Shown here piece after piece: positions 1-9,843 of a stretch of DNA of 64,000 nt (the stretch's first letter is position 1; each line of letters begins with the position of its first letter). The translations under genes and the position numbers were made by a program. The DNA comes from an uncultured delta proteobacterium (GTDB lineage: Bacteria; Desulfobacterota; Binatia; JACPRU01), in contig CAVUWD010000019.1 in NCBI GenBank assembly GCA_963745025.1, forward strand, positions 96,001 to 160,000. The letters are read 5' to 3'. A model generated the notes under the pieces. It was given only the letters and a program-made list of their open reading frames with translations. It searched no databases and had not been told where the DNA came from.

Positions 1-1
1 T

Positions 2-88
2 GCGCCGATCTCGAAGCTGCCCTCGGTCAGTGCGCCAGCAGCTCCGCGCGCCGAGGCGCCGCAAGCGCCTGCGTCACCTGCGCAATGA
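2..88 (+). CDS. 3' end of a gene truncated by the window (Pro/Ala-rich tail)
   Basis: Open frame APISKLPSVSAPAAPRAEAPQAPASPAQ* whose TGA overlaps the next ATG (ATGA 85-88). Confidence 0.55.
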   Translation, partial: APISKLPSVSAPAAPRAEAPQAPASPAQ

Positions 89-456
89 TCCACTGGCAGA
101 AGAAGCTCGAGTCGCTGAAGGAGCGGAGCACGTGCCGGATCACGACCCGCGGTCGGCGGACGGGCCGCGAACACACGGTCACCATCTGGTTCGTTGTCGG
201 AGACAACGGCAGGATCCATCTCGGGACCCTGAAGATGGGGCGCGATTGGCCCAGGAACCTCGCCGCCAACCCAGACGTCATTCTCGAGATCGGCGACCTA
301 CGGCTGAGCGGCCGAGCGGAGCAGGTGAGCGAGGAGAGCGGGCGCGCCCGAATCGAGTCTCTCATTGTCGGCAAGTATTGGGGGGCCTGGATCGGCTCCT
401 GGTTCGGCCTCAAGCCGCAAGGCGTGTTCGAAGTCCGGGTGGTCGGAGAGGCATAG
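85..456 (+). CDS. Deazaflavin (F420)-dependent nitroreductase-family / split beta-barrel protein
   Basis: ITTRGRRTG and DWPRNLAANPDV motifs typical of the DDN/DUF385 family. Confidence 0.8.
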   Translation: MIHWQKKLESLKERSTCRITTRGRRTGREHTVTIWFVVGDNGRIHLGTLKMGRDWPRNLAANPDVILEIGDLRLSGRAEQVSEESGRARIESLIVGKYWGAWIGSWFGLKPQGVFEVRVVGEA

Positions 457-534
457 CAGCATGACGGAGACATCTGTAAAGGCGCAATGAGCCTTTTGTC
501 TCCCGCGGTAACCCGAAGCGGGTGGGCCTGAATC

Positions 535-999
535 CTACTTGTAGTACCGGTACACCGCTTCGGCCACGCAGCCGGGCTTCGACTCACCCTCGACCTCGAA
601 GCTCATGCCGATCGTGACCTGTGCACCGGCGCCGTTGGCGATATCCTCGAGATCGGCGAGCGTCGCCTTCAGACGAACCCGTTTGCCGATCCGCACCGGG
701 CCCGGATAGCGGAGCTTGTTCAGCCCGTAGTTGATCCCCATCCGGATGCCCTTCACCGCCACGATCTGCTCCATGAGGTAGGGCGCGAGCGACAGCGTGT
801 AGTAACCGTGCGCGATCGGCCCACCGAACGGCGATTCCTTCTTCGCCCGCTCCGGATCCACGTGGATCCACTGGTGGTCATGGGTCGCCTCGGCAAACTT
901 ATTGATCTCCTCCTGCCCCACGAGGTGCCAGTCGGAAGTGCCGATCTCCTGGCCCTTCATGGCTTTCAGTTCGTCGATCGTCAGCGTACGTGCCGCCAT
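535..999 (-). CDS. MaoC-family (hot-dog fold) dehydratase
   Basis: FAEATHDHQWIHVDPERA...PFGGPIAHG hydratase motif; start placed at ATG after GAGGGGGG. Confidence 0.9.
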   Translation of the reverse strand: MAARTLTIDELKAMKGQEIGTSDWHLVGQEEINKFAEATHDHQWIHVDPERAKKESPFGGPIAHGYYTLSLAPYLMEQIVAVKGIRMGINYGLNKLRYPGPVRIGKRVRLKATLADLEDIANGAGAQVTIGMSFEVEGESKPGCVAEAVYRYYK

Positions 1000-1158
1000 G
1001 GATCCCCCCCTCGAAGCTCGATTATCGCGACTGGTGTTCAATTTGACCCCTCAGCGCACCCTGCAAGAGGAGCATGAGTCGAGCCGACGTCGCAAGTGTT
1101 GGCTATGAGTGCTGGCCCGTGATGAGTGGCCGATCGATACGCTACGGAAGTGGAACAC

Positions 1159-1341
1159 CTAATGCTTGTGCTCGACCTTCTTTCCGTAACTCACTTCACC
1201 CTTATCCACGCGCAGCGAGAAGCCGCACTCGGGGTTCGTGCAGACCCACGCCTTGAAGAGCACCGAGGAACCCTCCTGCCCGTAGTCCGAAAGAGGTATC
1301 AGAGTTCCGTTGTTGCATTTCTGACACTTCGGAAGGTCCAT
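1159..1341 (-). CDS. Small zinc-ribbon-like protein (60 aa)
   Basis: CQKC...CTNPEC; strong SD (GGAAAGGAGG) and a good promoter upstream. Confidence 0.75.
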   Translation of the reverse strand: MDLPKCQKCNNGTLIPLSDYGQEGSSVLFKAWVCTNPECGFSLRVDKGEVSYGKKVEHKH

Positions 1342-1392
1342 CTTCCCCCTCCTTTCCCGGCAGATCGAGGCTGCCGCCCAGCACCAACCGCG

Positions 1393-1421
1393 AGTGTAGT
1401 GGTGGGTCAGTTTGAACGCAA
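1393..1421 (-). promoter_or_regulatory. Sigma70-type promoter of the zinc-ribbon gene
   Basis: TTGCGT-17 nt-TACACT on the minus strand. Confidence 0.55.
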
Positions 1422-1548
1422 GGAGGAGAAGGCGACGGGACGGCGAGGAAACGACGTCTCGCCGCAGTTGAGCCGAGCGGCTGGATATCTGGTGCGAGAA
1501 ACCCTTACGACGGATCCTTCGGATCCCGTGGAAGCGCTCTACCTAGAA

Positions 1549-1620
1549 TGCCCCCGCCAAGAATCGAACTTGGACCTGCAGCTCCGGAGGCTGCCGTGAT
1601 ATCCATTTCACCACGGGGGC
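1549..1620 (-). tRNA. tRNA-Arg(CCG)
   Basis: Minus strand: GCCCCCG acceptor stem, anticodon loop CTCCGGA, GTTCGATT T-loop; CCA not encoded. Confidence 0.93.
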
Positions 1621-1754
1621 AGAAACTCAGCTCCCGGCCTTCCGCCTTGGGCTTTCCGCAAAGAATTCACCCCGTGCTTTGCCGATAGCCGTCGACCGAG
1701 CGCCGAGGGCCGATCCCTACTACATCGGCCGCCGCTCGTCGACGGTTTGACGTA

Positions 1755-2531
1755 TCAGAGAAGCGGCCCGATCAACTCGAGCATCTCTTCGTGAATCCAT
1801 CCGTTCGAGGCGAGCGTCTGCTCGCCGAACGCGTCGAATCGCCCACCGCGGAAATCGCTCACCCTCCCGCCCGCCTCCTCGACGAGCAGCGCTCCAGCGG
1901 CAGTGTCCCAAGGCTTGAGCTTCCACTCCCAGAACCCGTCGACGCGTCCCGCAGCGACCCAGCAGAGATCGAGCGCCGCCGATCCGGCGCGGCGAATACC
2001 TTGCGTGCGCAGCATGAACGCCTTGAAGAAGGAGAGGTAAAACACAGCATGCTCGCGTCGGTCGTAGGGAAAGCCGCTCGCCAGCAAGGATGAGGCCAGG
2101 CTCGCGGTCGACGAGACCCGTAGCGGCCGGTCGTTGAGAAATGCGCCGCCGCCGCGACGGGCGACGAAGAGCTCCTCCCGGATCGGGTCGTAAACCACTC
2201 CGAGAACGGTTTGCAGGCCGCGTCGGAGAGCGACCGAGATCGCGACTTGAGGATACCCGTGCGCGAAGTTCGTGGTGCCGTCGAGCGGATCGACGAGCCA
2301 GAGGAATTCGTGCTCACCCCGCGCTCCCGACTCCTCGGCCAGCACCGCGTGGTCCGGGAACGTCGAGCAGATCACGTCGAGGATCGCCGCCTCGCAGGCC
2401 CGGTCCACGTCGGTCACCAAATCGATTGCGCTCGATTTGACGTCGACACGCCCATGCTCGTGCCAGCGACGCTTCAAGATGCTGCCCGCACGATCGGCAG
2501 CGAGCCTCGCCGCCGATTCGAACGCTTCCAC
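1755..2531 (-). CDS. suhB: Inositol monophosphatase
   Basis: DLVTDVD, WLVDPLDGTTNFAHG, WDTAAG motifs; GTG start inferred. Confidence 0.92.
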   Translation of the reverse strand: MEAFESAARLAADRAGSILKRRWHEHGRVDVKSSAIDLVTDVDRACEAAILDVICSTFPDHAVLAEESGARGEHEFLWLVDPLDGTTNFAHGYPQVAISVALRRGLQTVLGVVYDPIREELFVARRGGGAFLNDRPLRVSSTASLASSLLASGFPYDRREHAVFYLSFFKAFMLRTQGIRRAGSAALDLCWVAAGRVDGFWEWKLKPWDTAAGALLVEEAGGRVSDFRGGRFDAFGEQTLASNGWIHEEMLELIGPLL

Positions 2532-2573
2532 GGGCTGGTTCTGCCACGGCGAACTCCCCAAGTCCACGCGTCG

Positions 2574-2602
2574 TTGACAGCCTATCGGGGCGCGGATACG
2601 AT
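2574..2602 (+). promoter_or_regulatory. Sigma70 promoter for the tRNA-Gln/prs operon
   Basis: TTGACA-17 nt-TACGAT. Confidence 0.7.
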
Positions 2603-2719
2603 GCATCGTTTCGCGTTGATCGGTCGATGGTTTGAAGGGGGACGGGAGTCAAAATCGAGCGGATTGGCGACGGAAAGCCGTTTCTCGACAGCCTGCTAGA
2701 GTCCAACCAACCCGAGCGG

Positions 2720-2790
2720 TGGGCGGTCGCCAAGTGGTAAGGCACCGGTCTTTGGAACCGGTATCGAAGGTTCGAATCCTTCCCGCCCAG
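2720..2790 (+). tRNA. tRNA-Gln(TTG)
   Basis: TGGGCGG acceptor stem, CTTTGGA anticodon loop, GGTTCGAATCC; usual position upstream of prs. Confidence 0.95.
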
Positions 2791-2809
2791 TCATTTCGGA
2801 TATGCCTCG

Positions 2810-3769
2810 ATGAACGAGCGAGCCAAGGACGAGCTGATCCTCTTCACCGGCAACTCGAACCGTGTGCTCGCCACCTCGGTGGCGCACGACCTCGGCGTGC
2901 CTCTCGGCGCCGCCACCGTTCGCACGTTCAGCGATGGCGAGATCCTGGTCGAGATCGATGAGAACGTCCGTGGCGGCGACGTCTTCGTGCTTCAGTCGAT
3001 CTGCACGCCGGGGAACGATCACCTCATGGAGCTGCTGCTGATGCTCGACGCGCTGAAGCGCGCATCGGCCAAACGGATCACCGCGGTGATCCCGTACTAC
3101 GGGTACGCGCGTCAGGACCGCAAGGTGGCTCCGCGCGTGCCGATCAGCGCCAAGTTGATCGCAGATCTCGTCACCACTGCGGGCGCTTCCCGCATGCTGA
3201 CCATGGACCTCCATGCCGGCCAGATCCAGGGCTTCTTCAACATTCCGGTCGACAACCTCTACGCGACACCGGTGCTGCTGCCGTACATGCTCGAGCGAGC
3301 TGCCGGGGAAGAGGTCGCGGTGGTGAGCCCAGACGCGGGAGGCGTAGAGCGCGCCCGCGCCATCGCCAAGCGGCTTGATGCGGGATTGGCGATCATCGAC
3401 AAGCGCCGCCCGGGTCCAAACGAAGTCGCCGAGATGCGCATCATCGGCGACGTCGAGGGCCGCTGCGCGATTCTCGTCGACGACATCGTCGACACGGCCG
3501 GTACCATCGTCACCGCCGCCGCCGCGCTGCGTGAAGCCGGAGCGCGCAAGGTGATCGGTTGCTGCACGCACGGCGTGCTTTCGGGTCCGGCCATCGAACG
3601 GTTGATGGCGTCCGACATCGAAGAGCTGGTCGTGACCGATACGATTCCGCTCCGCCCCGACGCCAAGAAGAGCGGCCGGGTGAGCGTTCGCTCGGTTGCG
3701 CACTTGCTTGCCGAGGCAATCCGCCGCACCCACGACGAGGAATCGATCAGCTCGCTGTTCCTGTCGTAG
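2810..3769 (+). CDS. prs: Ribose-phosphate pyrophosphokinase
   Basis: [32 protein letters not shown] motifs. Confidence 0.98.
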   Translation: MNERAKDELILFTGNSNRVLATSVAHDLGVPLGAATVRTFSDGEILVEIDENVRGGDVFVLQSICTPGNDHLMELLLMLDALKRASAKRITAVIPYYGYARQDRKVAPRVPISAKLIADLVTTAGASRMLTMDLHAGQIQGFFNIPVDNLYATPVLLPYMLERAAGEEVAVVSPDAGGVERARAIAKRLDAGLAIIDKRRPGPNEVAEMRIIGDVEGRCAILVDDIVDTAGTIVTAAAALREAGARKVIGCCTHGVLSGPAIERLMASDIEELVVTDTIPLRPDAKKSGRVSVRSVAHLLAEAIRRTHDEESISSLFLS

Positions 3770-3785
3770 CTCGAGGAGAGAAGAG

Positions 3786-4469
3786 ATGGAAATCGTTTCC
3801 GTGAGCGTTGAAAAGCGCGCGACTGTCGGCAAAGGGCCGGCTCGTCGTGTGCGCGCCGCGGGCAAGGTCCTGGGCGTCTTCTATGGACCGAACCAGAGAG
3901 ACGCGATCACCCTGCAGCTCGACGAGAAGGAGTTCTCGAAGAAGATCGCGGTGCTCGAAGGCTCGGCACTGATTCAGTTCGACTCGGTGGCTCCCGAGTT
4001 GAAGAGCCGCATGGTGCTGCTGCGCGAGGTGCAGAGCCACCCGGTGAGCGGAGCGGTGCTGCACGCCGACTTCTACGAGGTCGACCTCACGAAGAAGCTC
4101 GAGGTCACGGTGGCGCTGCACTTCACCGGCAAGGCCGTCGGCGTCGAGGCCGGGGGCATCCTCCAGCCGATCGTGCGCGAGATCACCGTGATGTGCCTGC
4201 CGACGGAGATTCCCGCCTTCATCGACGTCGACGTCGGAGCGCTCGGCATCCACGACTCGATCCACGTCGAGGAGCTGAGGCTCCCCCAGGGAGTCGAGCC
4301 CGTGTTCGACACCAACTTCACGGTCGTGACCGTATCGCCGCCCACCGTGGAGGAAGTGAAGGTCGAGGCGCCGGTCGAAGGCGTTCCTGTCGAGGGCGCT
4401 CCGGCGCCTGTGGCGGAAGGCGAGGCGCCGGCGGAGGGTGGTGCCGAGGGTGGCAAGAAGGGCGAATAG
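3786..4469 (+). CDS. rplY: 50S ribosomal protein L25 (Ctc-type)
   Basis: GKGPARRVR, HADFY, C-terminal TL5 domain; prs-rplY-pth synteny. Confidence 0.95.
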   Translation: MEIVSVSVEKRATVGKGPARRVRAAGKVLGVFYGPNQRDAITLQLDEKEFSKKIAVLEGSALIQFDSVAPELKSRMVLLREVQSHPVSGAVLHADFYEVDLTKKLEVTVALHFTGKAVGVEAGGILQPIVREITVMCLPTEIPAFIDVDVGALGIHDSIHVEELRLPQGVEPVFDTNFTVVTVSPPTVEEVKVEAPVEGVPVEGAPAPVAEGEAPAEGGAEGGKKGE

Positions 4470-4484
4470 CCTGGGCGCGAGCAC

Positions 4485-5072
4485 TTGCGGACGAACGTCG
4501 TCGTCGGTCTCGGCAACCCGGGCTCATCTTACGGGCGCAGCCGTCACAACGTCGGGTTCCGGGTCGTCGAGGCGCTCGCGGAGCGGCACGGTATGCGCTT
4601 CTCCAGGCGCGAGTACAAGTCGCAGGTTGCCGAAGGACGGATGGACGGCATGGACGTTCTGTTGATGAAGCCGCAAACTTATATGAATCTGTGCGGCGAA
4701 GCCGTTGGGCGGGCACGACGAGCTCTCGGCCTCGACCCGGAGCAGTTCATCGTCGTATACGACGACCTCGATCTCGCGGTCGGTCGTGTTCGCGTGCGGG
4801 AGGGCGGCAGCGCGGGCGGCCACCACGGAGTCGAGTCGATCATCGAGGCGCTCGGCAGCAAGGCGTTTCCCCGCGTCCGCATCGGGATCGGCCGGCCGGC
4901 GAGCAAGAGCGGCAACGTCGATTATCTGCTCGACGCAATGACGAGCGAAGAAGCCGAAACCCTCGCGGATTCGGTCACACGCGGAGCGGACGCGGTCCAA
5001 ACGATGCTCGCCGAGGGAATTCTCGCAGCCATGAATCGATTCAACGGCAAGCCGAAGGCCGAAGGCCGATAG
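4485..5072 (+). CDS. pth: Peptidyl-tRNA hydrolase
   Basis: VGLGNPG, RHNVGF, KPQTYMN, GGHHG; TTG start. Confidence 0.96.
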   Translation: MRTNVVVGLGNPGSSYGRSRHNVGFRVVEALAERHGMRFSRREYKSQVAEGRMDGMDVLLMKPQTYMNLCGEAVGRARRALGLDPEQFIVVYDDLDLAVGRVRVREGGSAGGHHGVESIIEALGSKAFPRVRIGIGRPASKSGNVDYLLDAMTSEEAETLADSVTRGADAVQTMLAEGILAAMNRFNGKPKAEGR

Positions 5073-5141
5073 CCGATCTCAACCCAACTCCTTGCTCTCG
5101 TCCGTTACCTTGGCGGGGGCCAAAGACCAGAGGGAGGTTCG

Positions 5142-5510
5142 ATGTACGATTACGAAACACTGACGGTCCTGCACCCCGATCTCGGGGAGGTCGGCGCCAA
5201 GGACATGGTCCAAAAGGTGCGCGGCATACTCGAGGGGGGGCGCGCGGAGATCAAGAAAGTGGACGAATGGGGCGTGCGGGAGCTCGCCTACCCCATCCGG
5301 AAGCAACGCCGTGGCATCTACGTGCTCGTCGAGTACAAAGCGGAGCCGCAAACCGTATGGGAGCTCGAGCGCCAGCTCAAGCTGAACGACCAGGTGCTAC
5401 GGTTCGTCTCGGTGCGCCAGATCCACAAGAAAGCGTTGCCGCCACGCCGTCCGCGTCCCGATCGCGACGAGCAGGCGGGCGATCTCGAGTCCGTCGAGGA
5501 GATGGGCTGA
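5142..5510 (+). CDS. rpsF: 30S ribosomal protein S6
   Basis: YET..., WGVRELAYPI motif. Confidence 0.96.
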   Translation: MYDYETLTVLHPDLGEVGAKDMVQKVRGILEGGRAEIKKVDEWGVRELAYPIRKQRRGIYVLVEYKAEPQTVWELERQLKLNDQVLRFVSVRQIHKKALPPRRPRPDRDEQAGDLESVEEMG

Positions 5511-5815
5511 ACGCCCGGAAGAACCGGGTCGAGCTTGCCGGAACTATCGTCTCGGTGCCCGAGCGAAGGCGCACTCCAGCGGGTACGCCGGTTACGCTTT
5601 TTCGGCTGCGCGTGCCGCCAAGCCCGGACGAACCCGCCCTATCGGGGTGCGTGATGCCGGTGGTCGTGTTTGGCGAGCACACGGTGGGTGCGGAGGTCAA
5701 GGAAGGACGCGAAGTCGAGGTCGAGGGTGCGCTGACGGAGCGACGCTGGCGGGGGGCGGGCGGAAGTCGCCAAAGCCGCTTCGAGATACTGGCCCGCACC
5801 GTCCGAGTATTGTAA
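5507..5815 (+). CDS. PriB/SSB-like single OB-fold ssDNA-binding protein
   Basis: NRVELAG...RRTPAGTPV...VEVEGAL; lies between rpsF and rpsR; probable CTG start overlapping the rpsF stop. Confidence 0.75.
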   Translation: MNARKNRVELAGTIVSVPERRRTPAGTPVTLFRLRVPPSPDEPALSGCVMPVVVFGEHTVGAEVKEGREVEVEGALTERRWRGAGGSRQSRFEILARTVRVL

Positions 5816-5848
5816 AAACAATGGTTTAGCAGCAAAGGGGAGGAGCTC

Positions 5849-6145
5849 ATGGAATCGGGAAGAGGACGCGCCGGAGGCGGCGCGAAGCGTCGGGGAAGAC
5901 CTGGCGATGACAAGATGCCATATCGCCGTCGCATGCAGCGGCGGAAGATCTGCCGCTTTTGCGCCGAGCGAATGCCGATCGATTACAAGGACGTTCGCCT
6001 CCTCGGCAGCTTCATCAGCGAGCGCGGCAAAATGATTCCCAGCCGGATCACCGGCAACTGCGCACGACATCAGCGCGAGCTGACCACCGCGATCAAACGC
6101 GCCCGGAACGTGGCGCTGCTGCCGTTCACCTCGGCCACGGTTTGA
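5849..6145 (+). CDS. rpsR: 30S ribosomal protein S18 (Zn-binding C+ type)
   Basis: [26 protein letters not shown]. Confidence 0.97.
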   Translation: MESGRGRAGGGAKRRGRPGDDKMPYRRRMQRRKICRFCAERMPIDYKDVRLLGSFISERGKMIPSRITGNCARHQRELTTAIKRARNVALLPFTSATV

Positions 6146-6153
6146 ACCGCATC

Positions 6154-7113
6154 ATGGTCGAGCAACGAACGACCGCAGAAGCAGCCGTAGGCTGGATCGG
6201 CGTGGCGCGTGCGTCCGTTGCCACGGCGGTGCTCTTCCTCGGGGGGCTACTGTTGCCGATCGGTGGGCCGCTGCTGATGGCGCTCACGCCGCAGCCGGGG
6301 CTGCGGCTGTCGCAGGCCGGCCACGGACGCGCCTTGACCTTCGTCGTCGCGCTCGCTGCTGCCGGGGTGGGTCTCGCTGGCGGCGCGGCACCGGCGGTGT
6401 TCTACCTCGTGAGCTTCGGGCTTCTGACCATCGCCCTGCCAGCGCTTCTCCGGCGCGCCTGGTCGATCGAGGTGACGATCGGGCTGGCCACGGCGGGGGT
6501 TGCGGTGGCGATTCTCGGCGTGGCTCTGTGCATCTCCGCTCCGACCGAGCTTTGGATCGCGATCCGAGCGGGTCTCGAGCAAATGCGCGAGGAGGCCGTC
6601 GGCGTCTACGCCCGCGCCGGTCTCGCTCCAGACATGATCCACGACCTCGAGGACGGAAGCGCCCGCGTGATCGATGTCGTACTGCGTCTCGCCCCGGCCC
6701 TGTTCCTGGTGTCCATCGCCACGGTCGTGCTGATCAACGTCCAGCTCTTGCGCCGCAGCCAACGCGTTCGCGGGCTCGTGCCCGTCTTTGGCGATCTCAC
6801 GCGCTGGGAGTGTCCTCCCGAGCTCGTGTGGATCCTCATCGCCAGCGGCTACGGCTCGTTCGTCGCGAGCGGAGTGCTCGAAGCGGTCGCGACGAACGTC
6901 CTCGCGGTGCTGCTCGTGGTGTATTTCTGCCAGGGGTTGGTGATCGCGCAATTCTACATGGGTCGCTGGCGCTCGCCCCTCTGGCTGATCGGCCTCGTCT
7001 ACCTGTTCATCGTCGTAGAATGGCTGCTGGCGACCGGGGTCACGCTGCTCGGCGTGTTCGACCTGTGGGCGGACTTTCGCCGTTTGAATCCACGCCCCGT
7101 GGAAGAAGATTGA
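6154..7113 (+). CDS. DUF2232/YybS-family membrane protein
   Basis: Multi-TM, YFCQGL and LGVFDLWADFR C-terminus; between rpsR and rplI. Confidence 0.85.
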   Translation: MVEQRTTAEAAVGWIGVARASVATAVLFLGGLLLPIGGPLLMALTPQPGLRLSQAGHGRALTFVVALAAAGVGLAGGAAPAVFYLVSFGLLTIALPALLRRAWSIEVTIGLATAGVAVAILGVALCISAPTELWIAIRAGLEQMREEAVGVYARAGLAPDMIHDLEDGSARVIDVVLRLAPALFLVSIATVVLINVQLLRRSQRVRGLVPVFGDLTRWECPPELVWILIASGYGSFVASGVLEAVATNVLAVLLVVYFCQGLVIAQFYMGRWRSPLWLIGLVYLFIVVEWLLATGVTLLGVFDLWADFRRLNPRPVEED

Positions 7114-7131
7114 AGCGAGGAGAACCGAGAG

Positions 7132-7593
7132 ATGGAAGTCATCCTGCAGCAAGACGTAGAGAACCTCGGCACCATCGGCGACGTGGTGAAGGTGAAGCCG
7201 GGCTACGCTCGCAATTATCTTCTGCCGCGCGGGCTCGCGCTCGAGGCCGACGCAAGGAACCTCGCCATGCTCGAGCATCGCAAGCGCGCCCTGGCGGCAA
7301 AGCGTGCGAAGGTGCAAAAGGCGAACGAGGCAGAGGCGAGTCGGCTCGCGGCGCTGTCGGTCGTCATTTCGGCGCGGGCCGGCGAAGAGGAAAAGCTCTT
7401 CGGCTCCGTCACGAACCTCGACATCCAGCGGGCGCTCGCCGCACAGGGCTTCGAGATCGACCGCAAGAGGATCCTTCTGCAGGGCCCGATCAAGGTGCTC
7501 GGGGAGCATTCCGTCACGGTCGATTTCGGCGCGGGCGTGCGTACGGCGCTCAAGGTTGCCGTAGTGAGGCAGGAAGAAACCGAGGCGGAATAG
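7132..7593 (+). CDS. rplI: 50S ribosomal protein L9
   Basis: VKVKPGYARNYLLP, KLFGSVT. Confidence 0.97.
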   Translation: MEVILQQDVENLGTIGDVVKVKPGYARNYLLPRGLALEADARNLAMLEHRKRALAAKRAKVQKANEAEASRLAALSVVISARAGEEEKLFGSVTNLDIQRALAAQGFEIDRKRILLQGPIKVLGEHSVTVDFGAGVRTALKVAVVRQEETEAE

Positions 7594-7608
7594 GCGAGCG
7601 GCGCCGCT

Positions 7609-9267
7609 TCAGCGCGGCGCGAGCAGTCGGCGTCGGAGCGCGCCGGCCAGTCGATCGAGATCGGAGAGCCCGAGCGCACGGCCCGCAAGATAGAAGGTGG
7701 CCGCGCCGAGTGGCACCGTGGTCGCGACCTGCACGAAGTCGCGGGCGAATCCCCGCTGCCCGCGATCCATCCACGCGATCCACGGCCAGCAAGCGAGCCC
7801 CATGACGGCGGTCGCGCCGAGGATTCGCCGGAGATCGCCCGCAAGACCAAGCGACGTGCCGCCGATTCGCTTGCGCAGCAGCACGAACAGCCACGCCGAA
7901 TTCCACAGCGCGACGAGCGACGTAGACAAGGCGAGACCGCCATGGCCGAGCCTGAGCAGCCGCATCGCCGTCCAGTTGCAACCGAGATTGAGGATCACCG
8001 AGAGCGCGCTGACCCGCATCGGCGTCCGTGCGTCGCCGAGCGCGTAGAAGGCGGGTCCCAAGATCTTGATCGCCGCGTAACCCGTCAGTCCGACCGAGTA
8101 GGCGACGAGCGCGATCGCCGCCGCCCGGGTGTCGGCCGCGCCGAAGCGGCCGTGCTGATAGATGAGGGCGATGATCGGCTCGGCGAGAAGCGCTAGACCC
8201 GCGGCGGCCGGCACGCAGAGCAGGCAGAGCAGACGGAGCCCCTCGCGAAGCCTCACGCGGAACGTCTCCATGTCGCTGCGTGCAACCGATCGGGCCAACG
8301 CGGGCAGTGTTACCGTGCCGAGCGCGACGCCGAACATGCCGATCGGCAGGTACATGAGACGAAACGCAACGCTCAGCCAGGAGACCGGGCCGTTACCGAG
8401 CTCGGAGGCGAAGTAGGTGTTGACCACCACGTTGATTTGCACCGCCGCGATGCCGAGCGTCGCCGGCCCCATCAAACGGAGCACCTGACGGACTCCGGGG
8501 TCGCGGAATCCGCCGATTACGCGGTAGTGAAATCCGACCCGTCGCAGGCTCGGGAGTTGCACGAAGAACTGCAATGCGCCGCCGAGCAGGGTACCGAGCG
8601 CCATTCCGATCAGGGCGGGAACGACCTCGTGTGGGGTGGCAGGCGCGGCACCGTGAAGGTGAGCCCACGTCCAGCGGAGGTAGCCCGGGGCGAGCCAGGC
8701 GACGAAGAAGAGACCACCGAAGATCGAGCCGAGATTGAAGAACGACGAGGCCGAGGCCGGCACCAAGAACACCGAGCGCGCGTTGAGCACTCCCATCGCC
8801 ACCGCGGCGAGCGCGACGAGCAAGAGAAACGGAAAGAGAATGCGCGTGAGGATGATCGTCAACTCGATCTTTCCCGGCTCGTCGCGAAAGCCGGGGGCGA
8901 TCCAGTCCACGATCCACGGTGAGCCGATGATGCCGGCGATCACGAGGACTCCGACCACGAAGAGGATGTCGTTCAGCACGCGATTGGCGAGCTCCCACGC
9001 GGGCGCCTCTCCCTCACGCTCGAGCTTTTGCGAGAAGGTCGAGACGAAGGCGGCCGACAAGGCTCCTTCGGCGAAGAGATCCCGCAGCAGGTTTGGGATG
9101 CGAAACGCGGCGATGAACGCGTCGAGCTCGCGGCTCGCACCGAAGAGGCTCGTGAATACCACCTCACGGACGAGGCCGAGAATCCGGCTCACGAGCACGG
9201 CGAGGCTGACGCCGCCCGCGGCTCGCGACAGGCTCGCCGCCGGCTTCGGTGCCGGGTTTGCGGGCAT
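7609..9267 (-). CDS. murJ: Lipid II flippase MurJ
   Basis: SRILGLVRE, FRIPNLLRDLFAEGA; many TM segments. Confidence 0.95.
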   Translation of the reverse strand: MPANPAPKPAASLSRAAGGVSLAVLVSRILGLVREVVFTSLFGASRELDAFIAAFRIPNLLRDLFAEGALSAAFVSTFSQKLEREGEAPAWELANRVLNDILFVVGVLVIAGIIGSPWIVDWIAPGFRDEPGKIELTIILTRILFPFLLLVALAAVAMGVLNARSVFLVPASASSFFNLGSIFGGLFFVAWLAPGYLRWTWAHLHGAAPATPHEVVPALIGMALGTLLGGALQFFVQLPSLRRVGFHYRVIGGFRDPGVRQVLRLMGPATLGIAAVQINVVVNTYFASELGNGPVSWLSVAFRLMYLPIGMFGVALGTVTLPALARSVARSDMETFRVRLREGLRLLCLLCVPAAAGLALLAEPIIALIYQHGRFGAADTRAAAIALVAYSVGLTGYAAIKILGPAFYALGDARTPMRVSALSVILNLGCNWTAMRLLRLGHGGLALSTSLVALWNSAWLFVLLRKRIGGTSLGLAGDLRRILGATAVMGLACWPWIAWMDRGQRGFARDFVQVATTVPLGAATFYLAGRALGLSDLDRLAGALRRRLLAPR

Positions 9268-9307
9268 CAGGCTTCCGCCACCGGGGCGGGAAGCCGGCTC
9301 CCCGGCA

Positions 9308-9766
9308 TCAGTAGACGCCACCGAGCTTCGAATGATCCCAGCTCGCGATGCGCTTCGGGCGAACGCGAATGGCCACTCGCTTGGTTGCCTGACGCCGAAG
9401 GATGTCGCGAGCCGACGCGGCGTTTGACCCGGAGTGCCGCGAGTGGATGTCCGCGAGGATATCCGTGCAGAGGTCGACGTCCTCGACGATGTCCGCTTGT
9501 CCGCGAATCATCAGGCCGCGAAGCTCCGCGTAGTGAGTTCCCGATTCGGCGAGCAGCGAGACCCTGGGATTGCGTCGGAGGTTGAGGATCTTTTGCGATT
9601 TGCGGAACGTTGTCATGTGCACGATGCCGTCGATCAGCGAAAACCACATGGCGACCGAATGTGGGTAGCCGCTGGAATCGACGGAGCTCAGGATCAAGGT
9701 CTTCGTGCCCGCGAGAAACGTCGCCTGCTCCTCGGGAGTCATGGCGATCTGTGCTCTGCGGTTCAT
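9308..9766 (-). CDS. Pyridoxamine 5'-phosphate oxidase-like (PPOX class, possibly F420-dependent) protein
   Basis: PHSVAMWF, KSQKILNLRRNPRVSLL, ELRG, WDHSKL. Confidence 0.85.
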   Translation of the reverse strand: MNRRAQIAMTPEEQATFLAGTKTLILSSVDSSGYPHSVAMWFSLIDGIVHMTTFRKSQKILNLRRNPRVSLLAESGTHYAELRGLMIRGQADIVEDVDLCTDILADIHSRHSGSNAASARDILRRQATKRVAIRVRPKRIASWDHSKLGGVY

Positions 9767-9774
9767 TGGGGGGA

Positions 9775-9843
9775 AGGCTTCAGGCTTTAGGAAAGACACC
9801 ACGAAGCGCTTCTACTGAGCTCGTAGCCTGAAGCCTGAGTCCT
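9775..9843. repeat. Heptamer-repeat palindrome (GGCTWCA/TGWAGCC family)
   Basis: AGGCTTCAGGCT ... AGCCTGAAGCCT inverted arms. Confidence 0.7.

Noticed and set aside
1399-1416. GTGGTGGGTCAGTTTGAA resembling an IS-end motif
   Set aside because: Single copy with no transposase or partner end; it also fits as the spacer of a good promoter.
1342-1548. Integrated element at the tRNA-Arg 3' end
   Set aside because: No integrase and no duplicated tRNA 3' end seen in the window.
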